DNA of 63,958 bases, counting the filler, from Octopus bimaculoides (taxonomy: Eukaryota): the NCBI RefSeq assembly GCF_001194135.2. It is 4 parts of 3 records of this genome, joined end to end, with 100 filler letters (N's around TTAATTAATTAA, not from the genome) between each part and the next. Parts side by side here need not be neighbours in the genome. Positions count along the whole stretch, not along the records: positions 28,109 to 59,233 come from NC_068988.1; positions 59,334 to 61,881 come from NC_069009.1; positions 61,982 to 63,958 come from NC_069009.1; 1 more part is not named here. One strand, 5' to 3'. Shown here piece after piece: positions 54,047-63,958 of this stretch. The position numbers and the translations under genes were made by a program. The notes beneath the pieces were generated by a model. That model was not told where the DNA came from. It searched no databases and was given only the letters and a program-made list of their open reading frames with translations. The number at the start of each line of letters is the position of its first letter. Position 1 is the first letter of the stretch.

Positions 54047-55606
54047 ATTCGAATATCACATTCCCCATTATCAGACTGAATACATTTCTTAACCTGGCTA
54101 AAGTGAAATTCTATGAAATAATTGTGATGCGAGATACCAGTTGTCATAACCATGTAATACACATGCGTTTATATGTATATATGCCTATATCTTATGTAAT
54201 ATATGAATATGTACATATATGTATGCATACATACATGCATATACATATATATATGTATATAAGAATGGATGACCACTAGGTGGACATCCAATATGCTAGA
54301 ACGAGGTCATCAACGTCCAAATAGGTATGTATATATATACATATATATATGTATATAAGAATGGATGACCACTAGGTGGACATCCAATATGNNNNNNNNN
54401 NNNNNNNNNNNNNNNNNNNNNNNNNNNNNNNNNNNNNNNNNNNNNNNNNNNNNNNNNNNNNNNNNNNNNNNNNNNNNNNNNNNNNNNNNNNNNNNNNNNN
54501 NNNNNNNNNNNNNNNNNNNNNNNNNNNNNNNNNNNNNNNNNNNNNNNNNNNNNNNNNNNNCTATATCTTATGTAATATATGAATATGTACATATATGTAT
54601 GCATACATACATGCATATACATATATATGTATGCCACCCTATCTATCTATCTATTTACCTATATGTGTGTGGGAGTTGTCTGTGTAAAATATATCTCTCT
54701 GCTTGTGTGTGTGTGTATGTTTCCTTTGTTTCACACACGATATTAAAACTTAAAATCACTCGAAATGGGAACTGAAAGTAGTGTAGAATTATTTATCTCC
54801 CGAGGAGTCACAATGTAATTTCCAGCTACCACAAGCTGAGCGCATTATATCTTTTGCAGTAATAGTAAATTAGTCAAGCATTCAAAGATAAAAGACAAGT
54901 CGTCTGCGACATGATTGAAAAGGAAATAAATATTTAGTTGTTTAGTTTACTGTCAAAGTTATTACATCCACAATAATATATATTTTACAAAGATTGCTTC
55001 TTGATATGAATTGCTTTATAATTTAATAGTGTTTATATTTGATTACTAAAAAGAATAAACATTGAGAAACAATGTTCAAGAAACAAGTTGACCAAATATC
55101 TTGGTATGAAAGAAAATGAAGAAATAGTATATTTTTGGAATATATATAGTACATCAAAGCAAGTTTGATATGAAAATTGATATAGGGCATTGTTTATTTG
55201 AAGAAATGGAAAGTTGGTGGAAAAGAATAAGTATAAATAATATAAGATTGGTGGGTTCAATAAATCCCTTGCCTAATAGTTTCTTAAATCTCTATTGCGA
55301 ATCATCACGGAGTTACAATATGTTTTATGGGTTGATTCTTTTTATCACCAGGGAATGAGCACAAATGCAGCATTCGAAGATAGCTTTAAAACATCCTTTA
55401 TATCAACAATATATACTGATGTAATGACAGATTGTGCATAAAGCTTGAAACACGTGTACCACGATATCCTATGTGCTCTGTTTTCAATATATTTGATATA
55501 TATATATATATATATATAGGGAGAATTGAAAAAAAACAACAAGCTGAGATAGCTGGTATTGAAAACAAATAGATGTATTAGTATATCGCTCGGGAATTGA
55601 GAACGT

Positions 55607-55642
55607 CTTTAACGTTTCGAGCCTACGCTCTTCTACAGAAAG
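55607..55642 (-). ncRNA. Penelope-type minimal type I hammerhead ribozyme-like motif with a variant core
   Basis: Minus strand CUUU-CUGUAGAA-GAGC-guag-GCUC-GAA-ACGU-U-AAAG: 4-bp stem I, 4-bp stem II, palindromic stem III; canonical A6 is U. Confidence 0.55.
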
Positions 55643-56689
55643 GAACACAGAAAGAAACAAGGAGACAAAAAATGTGTATAGTGATCAGCGATCTATCATG
55701 GCGAATGCCGGACAGAAGGGTCACACAGGATACTTAAGAAGAACGGGAGTTAACAAAGTGGTAGTGATGCCAAGACGAAGGTGCGTGTGTGTGAGAGAAT
55801 GCTGGTGATCTTAACGTATGCGTGTATGTATGTAGGTGTGAAGGTGTGAAAATGTGGGAATGGGGATTGGCCAGCGCTAGTGTGTTGTGATGTGTTGTGT
55901 GGTATGGTATAGCGTGGTGTGAGGTGATGGTGTTGGAAGACGGGTGAGGCGATAGTGGGGAAAGCACGGGTGGGGTGTGGGTTAGGCTGGGGGTAGGGTG
56001 GTGTANNNNNNNNNNNNNNNNNNNNNNNNNNNNNGGAGAGGGTGTAGTAGATGGGGTGTAAGGGATGGGGTTTAAAGGAAGGAATGGGAAGGTGGGGTAG
56101 GAATATGTAGGGGTCGGGTGGGGGTTATGAGGGAGAGTTGACGATGACGGGGGAAATTGGAAGGTGGGTGTATACAAGAAGAAGAAGAAGCAGAAGAAGA
56201 AGAAAAGATTTTTAAAATCCAGGCAGATATCAATAAAATACTGCGTTAAACAAAGTTGCATAACTTTATCCAACAATCAGACACCAATAAATTCAAGTAG
56301 AAAACGCATCTACGGTAATTTTTCATGTGCGACAAATAGGTCCAATTTTATTTAGAAGAATTTAGAGAAATTCAGAGTATTAGACAACAAAAGTACGTAT
56401 AGAGAAGATTTAATTTCTAATTGTAGTATTCCCTTTACAAAGCCGACAATTGTTTCCATTGTATTAACATATTTAGATATAGAACATATCGCTGAAATTA
56501 ATTCTTCCGAAAATATATGTTAATACAACGTTCTCAAGGCAATCCAAAATTAGTTAAATTCAAAGTGAACTAAGGAAATATTTCCAGTACACGTATGCTA
56601 AGATGTAATATAATCTACGAAAAGCTATTTTTACATTCAGCTATTGGTGATGTAAGTTGATAAGAAAAGAATAATAATAAGCATCAAAC

Positions 56690-56830
56690 AGCAAACCTCA
56701 TCTCAAAATACTACCGTATATATCAATCCACAACCATAGAGAACATGAACCATACAACACTTTTGTATAAAATCTACCAATGCTCAATATAGATCCAAAA
56801 ATGAACAACATTTGATGAACAACATAAGGA
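56690..56830 (+). mobile_element. Probable Penelope-like fragment (post-RT linker region)
   Basis: KPHLKILPYISIHNHRE..NTFV*NLPMLNIDPKMNNI resembles the P(F/Y)xxTYNP..I..N..IL..D segment downstream of PLE RTs; recalled from family knowledge only. Confidence 0.45.
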
Positions 56831-57619
56831 ACAGTTCTGTTTCCCAATGTATAGACAGATTCCATTGAGTGAACACTTAGAGAGATGTGTAGGAATCTCC
56901 TATCAAATTTCATCCCTGTCTGTACAACTTCTGTACATGAACCTTTGAATAAAGAAAAAATATATATCGAAAAATACAGAATGCGCCTAAATATGAACGC
57001 ATAAAAACTTTGGTCTTAATATATATTTTAATTCATGATCACATATCTATCACTGTACATATTTCACCTCACTACTTTAGCTTATATGTTTTAGTATGTT
57101 TATTTATCTCCCCTGCGCTGAGTAATAAATATCACCAATTACGTCCCCTTACATTTTTCTACTTGTTGATTTATTCACAAAATTTCATACAAGGACATGG
57201 GTAAAAATCTTCTTCAGAAGATAGGAAATTTCAATAATTTCAATGTCATGATTAGCGAAAGAGAAAACAGCCGACGAGCACAATATTTTTTTCATTTGAA
57301 ATATATCAAAACACAATGTAAAATGTGCGCATTTTCCTTCTCTAATTTATATATATATATATATATATATNNNNNNNNNNNNNNNNNNNNNNNNNNNNNN
57401 NNNNNNNNNNNNNNNNNNNNNNNNNNNNNNNNNNNNNNNNNNNNNNNNNNNNNNNNNNNNNNNNNNNNNNNNNNNNNNNNNNNNNNNNNNNNNNNNNNNN
57501 NNNNTATAAAATATAAATAGGTTTGTAAGAAAGACTACACGTTGTATAAGTAGGGAAAAGTAAATAAAAAGAAAACAAAGAAAATGCACATTAGCTATAA
57601 AAAAATAAATGTTCTTTTC

Positions 57620-58471
57620 AGCGAAGATGACTCAATAGTAAAGAACAAATAGTAAAGAACAAAAGCAAATACTGTCCTACAAATGGCAGAAATAAAGCAC
57701 TTGATGACGTTCGTGGACACATTACCAATTTTCCATTTAATACCCTACAAAAACAACGAATTAAATCCAACCTCAACACAGATGAATGGAAAAACCTAAT
57801 CGACTTAAAAAATGATATAAACCTGACCATTAAAGAAGCCGATAAAGGGAGTGCGGTAGCAGTGATGGACACAGAGTAATATAACAAATTAACACTCTCC
57901 ATGTTGGAAAACAATGTTTACTATGAGAATATAGAGCACTATAACCAACAGAAGACACTTAAGCGCTTATCCTCCTTACTCCAAATATATGGAAAGGGTC
58001 TCACTAAAAAAGAAATTGACAATTTATCAAATTTTAAATACAGACCAAATCTATTCTGCGGAGTACCTAAAATACACAAAAATACATATATTAGTAACAA
58101 TTGCAAAAAATTTCTAAACCTATGTATTAATGTTCCTCCCCCTACTGACCTCCAACTAAGACCCACCATTGCTGGCTCTGCTTGTGAAACCCACTACTTG
58201 AACAATTTTCTCGACATCTTACTCAAAACATTTTTAAAATATGGGCAAAGCTTAATCAGGGATAATTTAGACATGTTAGACTACCTCCGGAAAAAATAAA
58301 TGAAGGAACCCTGTTAGTAACATTCGATGTAGTGAACTTTACACCAATATCCCACACGATTTTGGTACAGAAGCAATCACCTTCAGGAAAGAAAACTACC
58401 CAGAAAAGATCCCAGAACGCATCAAACACAACTTCATAATTGCAGCAATGAAACTTATCCTACTGAACAAC
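57620..58471 (+). mobile_element. Penelope-like retroelement RT N-terminal fragment, pseudogenised
   Basis: TIKEADKGSAVAVMD, GVPKIHK, LRPTIAGS, FLDILLK, LVTFDVV, FIIAAMKLILLNN; stops and frameshifts present. Confidence 0.88.
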
Positions 58472-58663
58472 TTGGCTTTGAATCTCTATAATGATTCATG
58501 ATAATGATTTTTATACTTCATAATTGCACCTCAAATCATCTAATTGTATGCATATATCTTTCCGTTTCTTTAAAAAAGCCTTTATTTTTATATCTAATGA
58601 GCATTTTCTTTATTTTCTTTTTCCTTTTCCCCTCTCTATATATATAATGTATATGCATGTATG

Positions 58664-58713
<50 letters not shown>

Positions 58714-59427
58714 TATAAAGTATATATGTATATTTAAGTATATATATATATATACACAACGATATATACATGGATATATACAATAATATGTGTGTGACAT
58801 ACAAACAAATATACTAGATACATACACATGAACATGTACGTACATATACAGAGGTACATATATACACACACACTCACGTACACACACAGTCCCACACTCA
58901 CAAAAAACACTCCCACGCACACACACAGATGCACACATACATACACACACAGACGCACACATATGTACAAACCCTCACACATACATACGGTTGCTCTCTC
59001 TCACACACATATACCACAAGGACGATTAAAACAACACATACATACTCAGAAAAATAGATATACACACACTCTCACGTACACACACCTAACATCCCCACCG
59101 ACACAAAAAACACACAAACACACATACACACGCACTCACAAACGCACTCACGCACACACACGAACAGACACATATACACATACACACACATGCGCACACA
59201 CAAAACCCTAACATATATTAATCACACACATACNNNNNNNNNNNNNNNNNNNNNNNNNNNNNNNNNNNNNNNNNNNNTTAATTAATTAANNNNNNNNNNN
59301 NNNNNNNNNNNNNNNNNNNNNNNNNNNNNNNNNTGATAGGAAGCATCTTTTTACGATGAAAAAACAAAAATTTTGAAAATTTATCTGGTTTCACTCCCGC
59401 CGCCACCTCACCACCCCAGTCCGAAAC

Positions 59428-59596
59428 AAGATAGGAGCGGCTGTGTGGTAAGAAGCTTGCTTCCCAACCACATGTCTCTGAGTTCAGTCCGACTGCGTGG
59501 CACCTTGGGCAAGTGTCTTCTACTATAGCTTCAGGTCAACCAAAGCCGTGTGAGTGGATTTGGTGGACGGAAACTGGAAAAAGCCTGTCGTATATA
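59428..59596 (+). mobile_element. SINE A 5' half
   Basis: ggctgtgtggtaagaagcttgcttcccaaccac..ggcaccttgggcaagtgtcttctactatag..gcctgtcgtatata. Confidence 0.9.
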
Positions 59597-59876
59597 CAGG
59601 GGTTGGACAAAATAATGGAAACACCTTAAAATTTCAAACAAATTTATTTTAAATTGCGTTGGACCGCCTTTGGCAGTAATTACAGCTTGAATTCTACGAG
59701 GTGTGGACTCATACAAAGTTTAAATTGTTTCCAAAAGAATTTTTGTTCATTCTTCAGCTAAAACAGTGTCCAGTTCTTGTAGTGATGATGGTGGAGGATA
59801 TCGACTCCTTACTTGTTTTTCTAAAATGGAACATAAATGTTCGATAATATTGAGATATGGGGGCTGTGGTGGCCGG
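59597..59876 (-). mobile_element. Tc1-like transposon right end: TIR plus transposase C-terminus
   Basis: TA then caggggttggacaaaataatggaaac; minus strand RPPQPPYLNIIEHLC (WPPQSPDLNxIE-like), LQEL..EE*..I..LYESTPRRIQAVITAKGGPT. Confidence 0.88.
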
Positions 59877-59885
59877 ATAAGATGT

Positions 59886-60154
59886 CTGGTACTTATTTTA
59901 TCGGCTTCTTTTGCTGAACCGCTAACTTACAGGGACATAAACACACCAGCGCCGGTTGTCAAGTGGTAATGGGAGACAAGTACAGTCAAAAAGACACACA
60001 CACACACGACAGGCTTCTTTCAGTTTCCATTTATCAAATCCACACACATGGCTTTGGTTGGCTCAAGACTATAGTAGAAGACACATATTGGAACTGAACC
60101 CACAACCATGTGGTTGGGAAGCAAACGTCATTCCACACTGCCACACCTGTGCCT
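59886..60154 (-). mobile_element. SINE A lacking its 3' end
   Basis: ggtacttattttatcgg..gctgaaccgcta..ggcttctttcagtttcc..gactatagtagaagacac..ccatgtggttgggaagc. Confidence 0.88.
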
Positions 60155-60599
60155 AGAAGGAAAAAATGCAGAAAACTGTTTTATTAATAGTGTAAAGCAA
60201 AAACAAAAATTATTTAAAGCAAAATTATGATAAATTATAACATAGAATAAGTGCATATTCCTCAAGACACTCGAGTATTAGTATGGATTCCCACAAAGTG
60301 TTAAATTATAATTTTTTAAATCCCCAAAGATTTCGAACAGATCAACAGATGACGAGAATAAGCCAAAATCATAAATTATCTCTCTTGAACCATGCAGAAT
60401 AGTCATGCGGGATTTACTTCCCTTACCTTATTATTATTCGAAACATAAATTATGATAATACGGCGAATGTCAGAGAACGGTAGCACACACAAGTTGGATT
60501 TCTCCGTTTTGACGGGGATTTTTCAGATTTGTTTTCATCGTGCCCTTGGAAATTATGTGGAGCATCTTTTTAGCAAAATAAATTTGTGAAAATTTTTTT

Positions 60600-61345
60600 T
60601 TGCTTGTGTGTAATGGAGAAAGTTTGAGTAATATCAAGAAGTTTTCTTGTGAACATTATCTGGCCATTACTGTCAGCAGCAGCTTGCACAGGACAAAGCA
60701 CGTCTCTAAATTTGTCAAGAAGGCCGAAGATATCTTGGCACCACTCAGCAAGACCTTTGTCAGCTGCTCTCCAGCTATCTATTTAAGTATGTGACCACAC
60801 TTGAAATTTGCATCACCTGTCTGGAACCCCCATCTTGCTCAGAACATCGACCTCCTGGAAACTGTTTAGTGATGTGCAATCAAGCGAATGTCCTCCCTCA
60901 GGCATCTACCATGCTCTGAACGCCTTGCTCCGACGTCTGACAACTGACTTGATAAACACCCACAAAATTATTAACCCTCATGCCAACAACAGCCTTCAGC
61001 ACTTTTTTGAATTCCATGACTAACATACGTGAGCATGCATACAAAGTCAGAAAATAGCACAGTTCCTATGACTTTCGGAAACATTTTTTCACACTCAGAG
61101 TTGCTGAGGCATGGAACAAATTACTTGCATCAGCTGCCAAGACATTGCATCCTCTAAAACCTCCATGCTTCCTGAAATTCGCCAACACTACACCTGATAT
61201 CCCCACTCCATACGCATGCACGCATGTATATCATGACTCATAGATTGTTCAATTTCCTGACATTTGTACATAATTCTATATACTATACATGCACTTTCGA
61301 TAGGTTGTAGTGCACCTGAGCACTGTACACAATTTCGTTATTGTC
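60600..61345 (+). mobile_element. CR1/L2-group LINE 3' fragment (RT C-terminus and 3' UTR)
   Basis: LAITVSSSL..KHVSKFVKKAE, HLKFASPVWNPHL, LRRLTTDLINTHKII, FRKHFFTLRVAEAWNKL; frameshifted. The 3' boundary is approximate. Confidence 0.8.
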
Positions 61346-62589
61346 ATTTAATGAGAAAATGTATCATGGTGAGAGAAACAAATTTATATATACAGTGTTG
61401 AATATGATTTCACTATGGAAAAAGTTAAGGGCGATGTAGCTGTTGTTTAAAAAACATCCACTTATAGCCACTTTCATGTGGCAACGAGTACCCACCACTG
61501 AGGAGACACAATACAGATCAAAACAGATCTGCAAACTCCAGAGGCGACACTTTCATTTCCCTTTACTCCAAACGTCACACATTGTTGTTTCAATTGGGTC
61601 ATGCCCTTCCAATTGCTATAGATCCATAATGCATCTTACAGCTGTGCCTGTCACCTGTATGGTGAGGAATCCTACATTGGGGAGTAGTAACGACTAGGCT
61701 ACGGTAGCTGACTGATTATCGTGATCATTCGTCTTTTGCTTTCCTGTAGCTTTGCTCTCTTTTACAAACCCAGTGAACATACATATATTTCCTATTTCAA
61801 AGAAATTCAAACAATACATATTACACACAAGTTAAAAAGATTCCCAACAATTAAACTTCTCTGGTTGACATTAATACACCCNNNNNNNNNNNNNNNNNNN
61901 NNNNNNNNNNNNNNNNNNNNNNNNNTTAATTAATTAANNNNNNNNNNNNNNNNNNNNNNNNNNNNNNNNNNNNNNNNNNNNCCCACCCACCCCCAACAAA
62001 TGTTATACTCTGCCTTTGTAGAAAAAAACGACGATTATTAACGTTAGGAGAAATCGCTTTTGCATTGGTGGAACAGGTAGCGAGTTAGGCAACCAGCATT
62101 TTCAGATTTAGGTTCAATTCTCGCTAAAGCCAATTACAAAAGAAAGAAATTTTAGTATCATTTTTGTTGTTGTTTTTTTTTATAGATTTTCGTTTTCATC
62201 CCCTCCGAAGTAGGGACCGGTAAGAAATTATAATTCCCAATGATTTTGCTTTTTGTTGTTGCATTCTAGCTGCTATTTTTACCAGTTCTAGCTACAATGT
62301 AGAGATCACCTTCCTTCCTTGGTTCTTGCATATATGCATTAGGGTGTGATTTGAGGGGGATTTGGCTGCTATTTCTACCAGGTCTCGAGGAAGATTTTTG
62401 AAGGGAAAATTTGGTGGAATGAGAATGGGGTTTACTATTTTTAGCATATTTCGCGTCCACCACTACCCGTTGAATGATGGTTGGGTGGGTGGGTGCACAG
62501 AAACTGTTGGAATCGATAGAGACCCACTGCCGTACACACACACACACACTCTCACTCTCTCTCTCCCACACTCACACATACGCACGCAT

Positions 62590-62626
<37 letters not shown>

Positions 62627-63728
62627 CACACACGCACATTTTTTCTTTATTAGTTTCAGATCGAGCGCTGCGACCATGCATGGGCTCTGCCGTTATATAT
62701 ATGTGTATTTCTATATATATATACACATTCATACACACACGCATATATAATATTTATAAGCCTAGCATTTGATATAGCTATTCCGCCTAAGCTTTTTCTT
62801 TCCGTCGTAAGTTCAATCCCCGTTGGAGTCACCTATGCATGTTGTGTGTGGGCTTTTCAGATTCTTTTGATGTGGCGGTGTTAAGCGGGTGAGCTGTGTT
62901 GAGGGCGATGGATAAAATATAATACCAGTGATATGCGGGGGTAACTAATGTTAGCCAACACGTCCCTCTGTCTGCTCCCTCCCCTGCCCCGTGTTCTTGG
63001 CACCAAAGTTTGCGGCCTCGAGCTTCATCAGATCATGATGGTGATGATAATGATGGATGGGTGATCCTTCGATATTGGTCTATAAAATGTTGCTATGAAG
63101 AGATGCCGGCATTCACCGTCTTTTTCAGCCTAGCTGCGGTAGCTATGTCGTGAGGAAATGTTGTGGGTTAATGACGTCGTGTATCAATACCGAAAGTATT
63201 GGTATTATTAAATTTGTTCTTACGGTGACCACTTCGTCGATTTTTAAGTGTATGAGTGGCAGGGTGAGCCCCAGGAAGGTGCTGAGAGAACAACTCGTGG
63301 TCAACGGCCTTCTAGAAGTGGCTATGCAGGGTTTATGTATACCCTAGGATCACTTTTATGTAAGGTATCCCTTGCACGCTCGAAGATTTACTTTAACCCT
63401 TGGTAGGTTCTGTAATAATAGACGCTCACTCGATCAGAGTCCGCTCCACTCCTGATGTGACCACGCTGTCGATTTTTAATGGGAGAACTAATATGTCCCC
63501 AACACATGTACTGTGACAGTACACCCCACGTTTTAATGAGATATGATAATTATCTAGGACTACATTATTTTGCCGACTCGTATTTAAATTTATACAGAAG
63601 GGAGTGATTTGAAACGTGGCTGCTACTTCTAGCATATCGATCGACTACATAGAGACTCTTTCGTTTGACTGCCTAAATTCTTTTGGTGTCTCGGCACCGT
63701 ACAATACATCTAATAAGGAGTACCTAAC

Positions 63729-63759
<31 letters not shown>

Positions 63760-63760
63760 T

Positions 63761-63958
63761 CATGTTTCAGTCTGTAGACTGCGGCCATGCTGGGGCACTG
63801 CCTTGAAGAATTTTTAGTCTAATGAATCGACCCCAGACCTTATTTTTTGTTTAGCCTTGTACTTATTCTATCTCACCCTTTTGCTGAACCGCTATGTTAC
63901 GGTGACGTAAACGCACCAATACCAGTTGTCAAGCGGCGGTGGAACACTCACACACACA
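63761..63958 (-). mobile_element. SINE A 3' portion, cut by the window end
   Basis: gactgcggccatgctggggcactgcc..atcgaccccag..gctgaaccgcta..ccagttgtcaagcgg. Confidence 0.88.

Noticed and set aside
54184-54628. Palindromic 25-mer tggatgaccactaggtggacatcca twice with a spacer, CRISPR-like
   Set aside because: Only two copies, embedded in larger duplicated TA-rich blocks spanning a gap, with no cas genes in a eukaryotic context; a local duplication or mis-join.

Overview
Eukaryotic, AT-rich, gap-ridden draft-assembly DNA. The tRNA-derived SINE families and extreme microsatellite load look like an octopus genome (inference). I found no supportable host protein-coding exon; almost all long ORFs in the track are microsatellite or N-gap artefacts. 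The coding signal is transposon-derived: at least six fragments of RLE-type (R4/Dong-like) non-LTR retrotransposons, including a nearly continuous 1.9-kb RT-zinc knuckle frame inside a (TAA)n array; Penelope-like RT fragments; a CR1/L2 3' end; a Tc1 and a maT/mariner transposase remnant; and a Tigger-like MITE. About four SINE families are scattered throughout. The most notable observations are two different R4/Dong-like elements stacked in one (TAA)n array, a ~500-bp foldback element, a Penelope-type minimal hammerhead with a variant core, palindromic strand-flipping microsatellites, a cryptic ~33-bp periodic TATTGATC repeat, and a possible TATA/first-exon/E-box module. No clearly new multi-gene system is evident.
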